Source: Leucoraja ocellata (taxonomy: Eukaryota). From it: a stretch of DNA of 64,000 nucleotides. The notes under the pieces are model-generated. The model was not told the DNA's origin and did no database searches. It saw only the letters and a program-made list of their open reading frames with translations. The position numbers and the translations under genes are program-made. Location: assembly GCA_036785375.1 (NCBI GenBank), contig JAWMAR010000026.1, positions 7,254,001 through 7,318,000 on the forward strand, in the 5' to 3' direction. Shown piece by piece: positions 36,079 to 48,740 of this stretch; position 1 is the stretch's first letter, and each line of letters begins with the position of its first letter.

Positions 36079-37624
36079 GTAAGGCTGCAATTTGGGCAAC
36101 AGGTGTAGGTAAAGGCAACCTTCCGTTAAACGGATTACATGTAGGTTGGAGCTGATGAAAGGGACGTGTCACAGACACGAGTCTCTCAGCCCAACTGATT
36201 CACACTTCAGAAACACAAGACGGTGGATGCTGGAGCAGGAACAGAGTGCAGGAGAAACAACGTGTCAGGCAACATCGGTGGACGGAGCGGACAAACAATG
36301 ATTTTAAATCGGGACCCATCTTCAGACTGATGAAGTAGTGGGGTTTGGGAGGACTGGCATGGAGTGGGGGGTGGGATGCTTGGCAAGTGATAGATGAATG
36401 CAGGTGAAGATTAACAAATGGGTGGAGTAAGTGATAAAGACTAGAGGAGAAAAGGAGACAAAAGGATGTCAGATAAGGAGACTAGTGAAATGTAAACTGG
36501 GAGGGATGTGGATGGAAGAGGTCACTCAGGGGAGGGGGAAAAGGGTGGATAAAAGGGAGATATGGGGTGGGGGGGAGCATATGGAGGAGGGGAAAGGAAT
36601 GGGGAGATGGGAGAAATGTTTCCAGCTAGTGATTAGGTAAACAGGTCAGCAGTTCCCAGCTCTCAGTCCCTCCAATCCACAGGAACAATGGCATAAAACA
36701 CTTTCAAAGACAATAACAAAAAAAAATTGTTGTATTTATAGCCGTATTTTTCAGAGCTCTGGATTGGGTTATCAGGCCCTTTGTGATTTACTAGCCTTTA
36801 CAAGCTGTTTGAGCGGTTTCAAGTGTTGCTTCATGCTGGATACAGCAGTAGGGCATCCTCCTGATGTTATAGGTTATTCTTGAATCTCCCATAGAACAAT
36901 GTGGTTCCTGCAGCTGTGGATGTTCATGAATCGCCCTCTGCCAATTTATGCACACGCACAATAAACTGAGTTTGTAAAGAGGATAATTAAATTCTGATTA
37001 ACATTGTGTCAACAGCTGGGCTGATGCAAATGGTGAGTGAGAGCCAGGCAGTTCCATCTCATAAATACACACTGTTCTCTCCTGTTCTTCTCCCAGCCTG
37101 CTGGGAGATTTGGAAAAAGCTGATTTGCCAGTGTTGTCTTAGCATGCAGATAACTCTGAACATCGCAGCCCATTAGCATTGGATACTAGGGACGTGCAAG
37201 TTGATGGGAGCAGCGATGGAGAGTTCTGAGCGAGTGTTGATGGAAATGGAGGCAGGCAAGACATGGGAACCATCTGCTTCCTTACTCTGCTTAAATTGTC
37301 ACTACAGTGAGCAGAACTCTTCATTCAAGCGTAGAGATCTCTCCAATGCTACCGGGGAATGGAAAATATTAGTGTGGCAATTGGAAGCGTATGAGACTGC
37401 GGATGCTGGCATCTTGAGCAAAAAAACAAATCGCTGGATGAATTCAGTCGCTAGGCAGCATCTGTAAAGATAATGGACAGGCGATGTTTGGGTCTGAACC
37501 CTTCTCGATCCAAAAGGTGTCTGTCCATTCCCTCCACAGATGTTGCCTGGCACTCTGAGTTCCTCCAGCATTATTTGCAATTCTGTGCAAAAAAACAAGG
37601 GTGAACTCGATTACAGTTCTTTCA

Positions 37625-39275
37625 GTTTAGATATACAGCGCGGAAACTGGCCCTTCGGCCCACTGAGTCCGCACCGGCCAGTGAACCACGCATAATAACA
37701 CTACCCTATACACACTAGGGACAATTTTACATTAATGCCAAGCCAATTAATATCACAACCTGTACATCTTTGGAGGTGTCAAGAGTTCATTGTCATGTCC
37801 CAGATCGGACAATGAAATTCTTACATGCTGCAGCACAACAGAATATGTAAACATAATACAAAACGGAAGATAAAAGTTAATTGTGTCTATAGACCATATA
37901 TGCACAATAAATTAACAGATATAGTGCAATAATAACAATAGACTGTTATTGTTCAGAGCTTATTTGATGTGTTTAATAGCCTGATGGCTGTGGGGAAGAA
38001 GCTGTTCCTGAACCTGGATGTTACAGATTTCAGGCTCCTGTACCTTCTTCCCGATGGCAACAGTGAAATGAGTGTGTGACTAGGGTGGTGTGGGTCTTTG
38101 ATCATGTTGGCATCCTTTTTGAGGCAGCGACTGCGATAGATCCCTTTGATGGTGGGGAGGTCAGAGCCGGTCACAACTTTCTGCAGTTTTTTCCGCTCCT
38201 GGCCTTTCAAGTTGCTGAACCAGGCCACGATGCAACCAGTCAGTATGCTCTCTACTGTGCACCTGTAGAATTTCGAGAGAATCCGTTTGTGGATGGAAAC
38301 TGAAAATCTAAGAGAACCTACATGATTACGGGAAGAAAGTACAAAGTCTGTAAAGACAAGCACCCTCAGTCAGATCAAACCCAGGTCTAGTAGATCTAGG
38401 GAGACAGAGGAACAAAGAAATTTGCATTAAGCGAGAAATAGTATTGGGTAGACTGATGGGACTGAATGCTAATAAATCCCCAAGGCCTGATGGTCTGCAT
38501 CCCAGGGTACTCGAGGAGGTGGCTGGAAATCATGGATGCATTGGTGATCATTTTCCAATGTTCTATAGATTCAGGATCAGTTCCTGTGGATTGGAACCAG
38601 TGACTGAAAGTAAACATGCAGGTATAGCAGGCAATGAAGAAAGCTAATGGCATGTTGGCCTTCATAACAAGAGGATTTGAGTATAGGAGTAAAGTGCTCC
38701 TTCTGCAGTTGTACAGGCCCTGGTGAGACCACATCTGGAGTATTATGAGCAGCTTTGGTCTCCTAATTGAGGAAGGACATCCTTTGCTATTGAGGCAGTG
38801 CAGCGTAGCTTCACAAGGTTAATCCCTGGGATGGCGGGACTGTCATATGAAGAAAGATTGGAAAGACTGGGCTTGTATTCACTGGAAATTAGGATAAGGA
38901 GGATCTTATAGAAACATATAACATTATAAAAGGACTGAACAAGCTAGATGCAGGAAAAATGTTCCCAATGTTGGAGTCCAGAACTAGGGACCACAATATA
39001 AGAATAAAGGGGAGGCCATTTAAAACTGAGATGAGAAAAACGTTTTCACCCAGAGTTGTGAATTTGTGGAATTCTCTGCAGCAGAAAGCAATAGAGACCA
39101 ATTCACTGGATGAATTTAAAATAGTTAGATAGAGCTCTAGGTGCTAGTGGAATAAAGGATATGGGGAGAAGGCAGGCACAGATTCCTGATTGTGGATGAT
39201 CAACAATGATCACAATGAATGGCGGTGCTGGCTCAAAAGGCCAAATGGCCTCCTGCACCTATTTCCATGTTTCTA
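37625..39275. mobile_element. Nested stack: V-SINE (37625-37775, resuming ~38300-38390) split by Rex1 LINE (~37780-38295, -), followed by CR1 (~38400-39275, +)
   Basis: The SINE halves are collinear with 33525-33830. Rex1 [21 protein letters not shown]...RFRNSFFPTAIRLLN. CR1 motifs KSPRPDGLHPRVL and KKANGMLAFITRG. Confidence 0.8.
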
Positions 39276-39520
39276 TAACTAAAACTACCAAGCCCATCTC
39301 TGAGTTGTTCTATCATTTGCCCTCACTGGAATATAGAACAGTTCAGCACAGGAACAGTCTTTTGGCCCTCAATGCTTGTGCTGAACATGATGCCAATACC
39401 AATTCTGATCTGCCAGTATGTGACCCATATCCTTCCATTTCCTGCCCCTATCCAAAGTCTCTTAAATGCCAGAAACCTTTCTGAAGTCATATTTTACATG
39501 CCGTGTATTCCTTATTCCAG

Positions 39521-39648
39521 GAATCCTACTTCCACTGGACGTTCGGAGTGATGGAATCTGACTGCTACGGTGCCGTGGATGTTGCTACCGGCAAGTCCCT
39601 GCTTTTCGTGCCCAAACTCCCCGAGAGCTATGCAGTGTGGATGGGAAC
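39521..39648 (+). CDS. PEPD: PEPD exon 3 (128 nt)
   Basis: ttccag|GAA...GGA AC|gtaagg. Encodes [42 protein letters not shown]. Not captured by the ORF track. Confidence 0.97.
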
Positions 39649-42247
39649 GTAAGGCCATTATTAGTGCTCCTTGTTTGATCTTCCTTGCATTCTCACCCTG
39701 ACATGTTGGCACTGGTTCTGCCAAATTTCCTAACTCATCCTTGTCACACAGCCGAACAGAAACGGGCCCTTTGCCCAAACTGTCCATGCAGACCAAGATC
39801 CCCCAATTAAGCTACTCCCATTTTAGCACATTTAAAGGGGAATAGATCGCGTGAATGCGCAGTCTTGTATAGGTTTTAAGGTGAGGGGGGAAAGATTAAA
39901 ATAGGAATCTAGGAGGCAACTTTTTCATACAGAGAGTGTACTTGTATAGAACAAGCTGCCAGAGAAATAGTTAAGGCCGTTATAGTAACATCACTTAAAA
40001 GACATTGAATAAGTTCATAGATAGAAAAGATTTAGAGGGATATTTTTCAAACGCTGGCAAATGGGATTACTGAGATGGGCATCTTGGTCAGCTATGGATG
40101 GAATTGAGCCGAATTGCTGTTTCTTTGCTGTACGCCTATAAGCACTGGGGGCTGTGTATTTGTGGTTTACTAGTCATACCATTGCAAGATGTTCATGGAC
40201 ATTTGGAGGCCTTTCATTTCTGCTGTACCACACCGGGGTGTGTGGATGTGACGGAACTCCCCTGCGGTTACTCTGTTTCTGATGTTGAGCTTCACCCGCA
40301 GTTTTTACCAACTCGGAGGGGAAGTAAGTCTGGAATCACACCTGAGCTGCTTGCTTGTGACTGTTGGACGGGGACTGAGTGCTGTGCCTGTGCAATTGAA
40401 CAGCTTGCTGACGCTCTCTCCAGAAGAGTCACAAGGGTGAGGTGCTGGAGAAAGCCACTTCACAGCAAGAGTGGCCAACCATGAACGATGGAAATTTGCT
40501 CCCAGCAGCTGTTGTGTTGCGAGCTGTTTCCTGTTCATTGTCTGCTGTGTTGTGGATTTCTGTGGCTATGTACTACAGCCAGGCGTGAGCAGCTTCCCAG
40601 CCGCTAATTGAAGGAGGCTATAATGTAGAGTTTGGCTGCAGGATCAGGCTGGAAGTGGCCAGCGAACATTTTTCCACGTGGTACCATCTCTCAGTGTAAT
40701 TAAAGCTGCACCTGCTCCCTCTTGTTTGACAGCAATTAGTGGCAGTGCTAATTAATATATGGCTCAAATGGCCTCTGTTTTTGAGTTGATCAAATTAGAT
40801 GTGCTCAACTTTATATAAAAAATAATAATAGATCTAAAGCTGACCTCTCCTGCAGTTGACCTGAGGGGTCATTTCTATTTTCATCTCCTCGGAAGGGCAG
40901 ATGTAACGTGACAGCCTAATGTCCTGTCTCTCTCACTGCCTGTTCTGGGCACCACAGTCACAAACGGGAGCAATTTCAGTCCCACTACAGTCAGTTACTG
41001 GCAGACGTATACAATGAAGAACAAGGACACATGGCCATTTTTTCTGATACCGGCACTTTGGAAGGGATCTCCCATTAGCCGCATTCCTCATGACCATCTT
41101 TACTTGCATCCTGTCTAGGGCTGTTTTTGAAGACAAAAAGGTGCCAGTGTGCATATGGTTCCTTGCTGTTATGTCTATGGCAGATCGTCATCCTAGAAGC
41201 TGCTTAAGCTGTTTAGGGGCCTAACTGCCTAATTTCATTAGAGCATTTTTTTGTTTTAAACTTATCTTTTTATAACATTCTAAACATTTTGATGTCTAGA
41301 TTTTAACTTATTGCAGGTGTTGGTACACTGTACCGGTGCGTTCCATCGCTAATAAATCACTGGTCTGGTGTGTTTGGACGGTCATTGTTGAAGCCGCTGC
41401 TTCTGCTGTTTCAATCATGGCCTTTCACGTTATTCTGCTTAAGAAATTCCTTCCCAATGCCCTTCTGGAATTGTTTACCCAAGGCATTAAGTCTTCTGGT
41501 TTGTTTAATTATTTAATTGGACAAAGTCTTTTCTACCGTATTAATAACTTGAGCAGAAAAATTATTGGAAAGTAACCGCACTGGTTCCACTGAAAGTAAT
41601 TCCACTGCCTTTGTCTAATACCAACCACGCCAGTTCCTCGGCACCCATACTCCAATACTGCCCCACAAACCTTTCTCTCCTCTGAGCCGCCTCTTCCGTT
41701 CACGGTCCTGTCCCCCCCCCCCCCCCCCCCCCCACCTCTGACCAAAATGTTGTTCTGCCCATTTCCTCCGTTGAGTTTGTTCAGCACCTGCTCAAGATTC
41801 CAGCATCTGCAGTTCCTGGTGCCTCCAATATTTTGAAAGTGTTAGTTCCTGATCAGTTTAAATTCCATCCAATGTGTCTCTTTGATTGACGTGTATTCTT
41901 TGTCTACTTTCTTCCGCAAATAATCATGTACCTTAATTATAATGTGCAGACCATGATATTTGGAAATTATCAAACTTTGGAATCAGCAAATGTTGCCACA
42001 GCTGCTTGCATAGGTTGGGTTGGGGGGAATGCCCGGTGGGAAGTAAAGACAAAATCCCCAGCTGTAGAGAGGAAAGCTTGGGAATGAGAAGGCAGAGGAA
42101 TGGAGTAACAAACCACCTGCTGGAGGAACTCGGTGGGTCGAGCAGCATCCGTGTGTGGGTGGGGAGAGAGGGAAAATTCATGCTTCTGAAGATAACCTGT
42201 TACATTCTGCTATTAGTTCTCTCCTGACATTCGTCCTCTTCCTGCAG

Positions 42248-42311
42248 GATTCACTCCCGTGACCACTTCAAAAAGAAGTATGCTGTGGATGATGTTCACT
42301 TCAATTGCGAT
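42248..42311 (+). CDS. PEPD: PEPD exon 4 (64 nt)
   Basis: ctgcag|G ATT...GAT|gtaagt. Encodes (T)IHSRDHFKKKYAVDDVHFNCD (human [21 protein letters not shown]). Confidence 0.96.
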
Positions 42312-44779
42312 GTAAGTGTCCCTCTCTGGTTACAAGCTGTGGGTTTGAGACAAAGATCTGGAAGGTCGGAGGAAGAGTTACGGGGCTGTTATTGGGGAAG
42401 GGTGGGATGTTTTGGAAGAGGTTTGCACCCAGGAGTTAGTCCTGCAGCCGACCCGTTGTCCACATCCCAGATGACCAGAGCCAAGTTTAAACACGTACTC
42501 AACAGGGGTCAGATGTCTTACCGAGGGAGGTAAAATGGGACTAGCTCAAAATACCTACTTGATCAGCATGGACAAGGTGGACTGAAGGGCCTGTTCCCAT
42601 GCTGTATAGCTAGGTGAATCTGAATTATTAGCTAATTAAACTGCCGTGCAACAATTCTTGTAGTGCAGGAGGCTGAGAAGTGATCTTGTGTATCTATGTA
42701 TAGTAAGATTTCCTGCATTGTATGCCAATGGAATTGCTGTTATAATAGGTGTGGGAGAGTTACGGACTTCATCCTGACAGTCACGGAGCGACACAGCACG
42801 GAGACCGACTGTCTTGTGTGACTCTGTGATATGCTGCAAATATAATTCCTGATCTTCTAACTACATGGGCACTTTTTAAATCTGTAGTTTCTCTGTAGCT
42901 GTAACACAACGTTCTGCACTCTATTTTCTCATTTACACGACCTGATGTACTTGTGTGTAGTTAGACTGGCCTGGATAGCACACAAAATCATGATTTTCAC
43001 TGTGCACGTGACAACGGTAAATCGATACCAACTCTACATCACCCTCTCGAGTCCTGTAAGAAAGATCAATAAAAGACGGGCACCATAGGAGGGACAGCGG
43101 GAGGGAGGGAGAACGGAATGACGAGATTCTTGGTTTAATGTCTACTTTGAGTGACGATATCTTGGACTGCACTCCCTCTTTAATGGACCGAGTACAGAAG
43201 TTGGATCAAGGGTTGGAGTCTCCGGGGAGCTTTAAAGCACCACATTTCTGCCCCAGCGATGAGGGTCAACGTATTGAGCAGGGCTCCTGTTAAATTCATC
43301 TTCTATTTAAGGGGACCTATGACCTGTGCTTTCCGCTACTCGCTGAATTTTCTGTTCAGGAATGTTACTGACTGCTTCTAAACACTTTGGCAGTGCCTCC
43401 TTAATCTTTTTTTTTTCTTTAATGTGGGATTTAATGCTGTGAAACTCGTAGGATTTAAGGTAGTCAGAATTTTCCCTTCCGAACACAAGACCTTGCAGGT
43501 CCCACTTGGCGTGTTCCAGAATCAGATGCAACCTTTCATGATTCTGCATGACTGACAGTTGGTGTGCAGGCTTCTGTGAAGTGAATGTGTGCGATTCTGC
43601 ATCAAAGAGCTTTATCTCGGCAATGTCCCTGGAGAGTCTCAGTTGAAAATCAGACCACAAAGCCCAGGATTAGTGGCGGTGGTTCAGTAGCTTTCTATTT
43701 GTAAGCACATAAAAACCATCTCTGTCCCTTCCTCTGCCAACAGCTCAAAACGTCTGTGGACTGAACCCTTTCAGAACCAGTGTTTAAGATTGGGGCGCGC
43801 ACTCCCTGCGTGAACTTTACACCTGTTTGGTTTATCCCCTCTCTCCCAGCATGCAGGAGCTTGCTATCCCTTGTCTGTTGGTCTACGCGGTCGTTGTCTA
43901 TCCTCTCTCTTAAAAAATTCTATTTTAACCATCTGCAGATTTGCTGATGCTCCTATCTAACTAGCTGTATGTATCACGCACTGCCTTCTGTCATGTACTA
44001 AGTTAGTTATTGCCATTTAATCAATATAATATCCAGCAAATCCTTTATAATTAACGTTGTTTCTTAATAAGTCGTATGGCATGGAAACGGGCTCTTCAGC
44101 CTAAGATAGACACAAAATGCTGGAGTAACTCAGCAGATCAGGCAACCTCTTCCCCAGAGATGAATAGGTGATGTTTCGGGTCGAGACCCTTCTTCAGACT
44201 GTCAGAGGAGAGAGAAACCAGAGGTTTGAAAAGGTACAGAACAGCCCAATACATCCATGCCGGCCAAGATACCCATCTGAGCTACTCCCATTTGGCCCAT
44301 ATTGCTCTAAACCTTTTCTATCCATGTACCTGGCCAAATGTATTTTTCTGGTAGTTCATTCCATTATCCCCACAACCCTCTGTGTGGAAAAAGTTGCCCT
44401 CCAGTTCCTATTTCCCTCAACTTAAACCTGTGCCCCCTCATTCTTGATTCCCCAATCCCTGGAGAAGAAAAAAAACAATGTATTCACCCTGTCTACTCCC
44501 TTCATGTTTTTATACACCTCCATAATGGTTCAATGGTACTTTATTGGCTCCTGTACCTGGGTACAGGGATATTCCTTTGGCATAACATTCAGGAAATCCT
44601 ACTATACATAGGTACATAAGATCACCCCTCAGCCTCCTGTGCTACAAGAATTGTTGCACAGCAGTTAAATTACTGAGCTAATAATTCAGATTCACAGAGC
44701 TATACAGCATGGGAACAGTCCCTTCAGTCCACCTTGTCCATGCTGATCAAGTAGGCATTTTGGGCTAGTCACATTTGCC

Positions 44780-45907
44780 CAGGCATGTGCCGTGAGTAAT
44801 TATTCAGGGTAGGCAGTCATTCGGCTTTTAAAAAAAATAAAAAATAAAAAAAAATATCTTAAACTGCTCATGCGCAGATTGTTCTCCTCTCCGTAAGCTG
44901 TCAGTCAACTTTTATAAAGTCTTCAAAAACCATATTTCTTAATAAAGTACTGTATTTCCCGGCAATGAAGACGCACCCCCATTTTGAGTTGCTAAATTTT
45001 GGAAAAAAGGCTTGTGGGACATAGAATTTCTCATGCTCAAAAAATAAAAATAACGAAAGTAACAATTCAATTTACCCAAGGCTTCCAAGTCTCCTTCATT
45101 CTGAATTACTGAATGGGGGGGGGGGGGGGGGAGGTGGAGGGGGGGGGGGGAGGTGGAGGGTGACGCTTGGTGGAGAGATGGTGGGGAAAAACTGGAGCAC
45201 ACTGGGACAAGTTGAATAAGTTGTGATCTTATTGAATGACAATACTAGTTCAACTGACTAATTGGGGGGGGAGAATTCCTTTCACAGCGTGTGGGGAGTC
45301 TGGCCAGGGGTTAAGTTGCGGGGAGGGCAGGAGCGTTGAGAAGGAGGGGGTCGGGATCATGCCAGTAACCCACTCACTCACCGCTGCCGCGACACTCTGG
45401 TGAGCCACCTTCGCGAGCCACCTTCAGCCTCCAAGACGCATGTGAATTTTCGTGCCTTATTTTTGGGTAAAAAAATAGCGTCTTCATTGCCGGGAAATAT
45501 GGTATTTAAAAACATATAGCTCAAAGATATCTACTTACCACATGTGTACACAAACTCCATTCTTCTCTCTTTGTTTCTTAAGATACTCTTAAGAAATGTG
45601 ACAATCCATGTTTGAAAAACCTGCCAAGAAACATGCGTTGCTCATGCACAGTCCACGGTTCAAAGGCAGAATTTCAGCTGCCTTCAGCTCCCCTTGTCAT
45701 TGAAGGCTTGAAGTAGCATCGATGGCACGTGAGCTGCACACACTTTTGTGTATTACATGTGCTGCGCATGAAAGGCACGGTGAATTATGTCTACTTTGTG
45801 GGCATAATTCTCCCGTGCCTTTACTATTCATATTTAATAATTACCATTTTATAATTTTAGTCGGGGTAGGCAGTGCCTACCTTGCCTACTCTGACGGCAC
45901 GTGTCTG
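44780..45907. mobile_element. Putative non-autonomous hAT-like DNA transposon
   Basis: Imperfect 17-bp TIRs (CAGGCATGTGCCGTGAG versus reverse complement CAGACACGTGCCGTCAG). Flanks CATTTGCC / CATTTGGC. Interrupts a CR1 3' UTR. Confidence 0.6.
44950..45502. mobile_element. Tc1/mariner superfamily (Tc2/pogo-like) MITE, 553 bp
   Basis: 25-bp TIRs C[TG/CA]TATTTCCCGGCAATGAAGACGC flanked by TA at 44948-44949 and 45503-45504. Confidence 0.85.
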
Positions 45908-47790
45908 CATTTGGCACATATCTCTCTAAACCTTCCTATTCATAATTCAGAATCAAGAGAAGGAACATAACTGTCTGATTGGCTGGCTGCTGGCATGAGA
46001 CGGCAAGGTACGAGCAAGAAATTCAGAATTGAAGTGACCTGGGGACCTTTGCGATCGTCTCGGATAATAGACGAGCGCATTGGTGTGGAGCAATTGCTGC
46101 CTGCAGCAATGGAGCTGAATTTTAAATCCAACTCGAATGTCCCTGGCCTGTTAATTTGACTCGCGTTGTCAACAGTAACTGTTTGAAGCTGGTTCCCCAA
46201 TTGCATTACCAGCATTCAGTAGAGTGATGCGTTGCCCAAGTCTAATTAAAGTATCCAGTGCTGGGTGGCACAGCTCTGAGATTCTGATCTGCCCCAGACA
46301 AGCTTCTGTGTTCTGGCCACTTGGAATTTACGCTGTCAGTCAAGAAACTAATCATCTTTTTATCAGGCCGAGAATGTCGTAACTTCATTCACAAAGATAT
46401 TGCAAGTGTGTGAGAGGCTGAGTACAGGAACAAGCCGCACAATGATCTAACTGGATCCCATCTTCCCCCCCCCCATCAGAAACCCACACAAGTTACAGAT
46501 TGTCTGCCATATTCATTCAGATCGAAAGGTCTGAATGACAAATAAAGGATTCAATTCAATTCAATTCAATATTCCATTTGTCCTCTGGTTTTTGATGACA
46601 TTGTAAACAGTTTGCCTTGTTACATTACCCAGCTAGTGCAGGGATGCTGGTCAGCTGAATCGCCCCTCCCTCTTCCCCCTCCCTCCACGTTACTCCCTCC
46701 CATCTGAGCGCAAGGGTGTGATGGAACACATTTATTTAGGAAGAAAGACCTGCATTTCCGTAGCATTCACAACATCTCACAGCCCTTCACTGTCAGTGAC
46801 AGGTTTTTGACGTGGCCTCTGATGGAATGCAGGTAAAGTAACAGGCAATTTCTGCAGGGTAGTGTGAATGGGATACCAATAGATCCAGGCCAAGAGTCAA
46901 GTCAAAGTGTTTAATTGTCACAGGTGCAACATAATAATGAGATTCTTACTTGCTGCAGCTTTACAGATTGTAAACACAGTAATTCACAGACAAATAATTG
47001 CATTAATTAATAACTAATACTATATGACCATAATAGTGGAAAGCACCTGTCTGCAGTGCAGCCAAAGAAGTCCGTAGAAGATCACAATTGCTGAAGTTAG
47101 TGTTGTACCTTGTTCATCAGCTTGATGGTTGCCGGGACAAAACTGCTTTTGAACCTAGAGGACACGGTTTTCAGGCTCTTCCTGTGATTGCAGGAGTGAG
47201 ATGAGCATGGCCAAGATAGTGAGTGACTTTGATATTAGCTGCCTTTTTAAGGTTGCATCTCATTGTTGATCCCTTTGATGGTGAAGAGGTCAGCACCCGT
47301 GATTGACCAGGCAGTGTCTACCACCATGAAAGATCCATTTCCCTTTCTGAAAAGATGCTGTATGGCTTTCGCTGCCTTTATGAGAGAGAATGCAAGTGCT
47401 CTGTTCAATATTTTATTTGAGGGGGGAGCAGTGCTATCTCAATGACCAACCAAATAGGCAGCCCAGACTATGCTTGAATTTCTGCAGAAGGGCTTGATTC
47501 CACTTCCGTATGACTCAGTGCAATGTTAAGACCCAGACTGCGATAAGATTTTGTGAAGCAAAGCTGTCAAGAACTGGAAATGAGACAGAATTGCATGATG
47601 CTTGGCTTATGGAGCGGCTAAACATTACAGATGCTGGAAATATGAAATAAATCAAAATACTCAGCGGATCACGCAGCAGCGGTGAAGAGAAAACAGATAA
47701 CGTTTATAGTTGATGACCTTTCACGACAGCAGCCCTTGATCTACTGACCACCACGCTGGCTGACAGCCAGTCTGATGAATGGTCCCAATC

Positions 47791-48740
47791 AGCACCTCGG
47801 CACCAAGTCCCCCCCCACCACCCGCCTCTCTCCCATATCAACTCCTGCCTGTCAGCCATCAAATCTTGGATGCAACTCAACTTCCTTAAATTAAACAGTA
47901 ACAAAACAGAATTTTTCATTGGCTCCAAATCAACACTTACCAAAATTAACAACCCCACTCTCACTATTGACGGCACCACTGTCTCCCCATCTCCCCAGGC
48001 CCGCAACCTTGGCGTGATCTTTGACTCAACCCTCTCCCTTGAGCCTCACATCCGCCATGTTGTCAAAACATTTTTTCAACTCCGCAACATTGCCAAAATC
48101 AGACCCTCTCTCACACCCCCCGCTGCTGAAAGACTCATCCATGCCTTCATCTCCTCCCGACTGGACTACTGTAACTCTCTTCTATTTGGCATCAATTCCA
48201 GCAACATCAACCGACTCCAACTGGTCCAGAATGCAGCCGCCCGACTCATTACCCACACCAAATCCTGGCACCACATCACCCCAGTCCTCAAAGAACTTCA
48301 CTGGCTTCCCATTTCCCACCGGATCATCTACAAAATCCTGGTCCTCGCCTACAAAGCCATCAACCACTTGCCCCCCCCCCCCCCCCCCTTATCTCACAGA
48401 CCTCCTCTCCCCCTACCAGCCCTCACGGTCCCTCAGATCCATTTCAGCCGGGCTCCTCTCCGTTCTGAAATCCAACCTCTGCACTTTTGGAGACCGAGCC
48501 TTCTCCAGGGCAGCGCTCTGGAACTCCCTCCCACAATTGATCCGAACTTCTGAGTCCCTCACCATCTTCCAGTCCCGCCTCAAGACCCATCTCTTCACCT
48601 CTGCATACCCTTAGTCCCATGTCCCCCTCCCCTTTGCATCTCTGTCTTACTGCTCTATTTTGTTTTGTTCTTGACTCACCGTGTAAAGCGACTTTGAGTC
48701 CTTGAAAAGCGCTATACAAATAAAATGTATTATTATTATT
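47791..48740 (+). mobile_element. L2-clade LINE 3' fragment, little decayed
   Basis: WMQLNFLKLNSNKTEF...RNLGVIFDSTL...HAFISSRLDYCNSLL...QNAAARL...LHWLP. 3' UTR TGTAAAGCGACTTTGAG...AAAAGCGCTATACAAATAAAATG(TAT)n. AATC is duplicated at the junctions. Confidence 0.92.

Noticed and set aside
35869-36108. ORF-track 79-aa protein as a stand-alone gene
   Set aside because: It is PEPD exon 2 plus intronic read-through; the true start is in exon 1.
45115-45160. Poly-G runs as a functional G-quadruplex (also poly-C at 33118, 41712, 48371)
   Set aside because: Long homopolymers, mostly within or beside repeats, with unreliable lengths; no evidence of function.
47870-48614. 227-aa and 197-aa ORFs as a host gene
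   Set aside because: L2 reverse-transcriptase C-terminus with a LINE tail; 5'-truncated.
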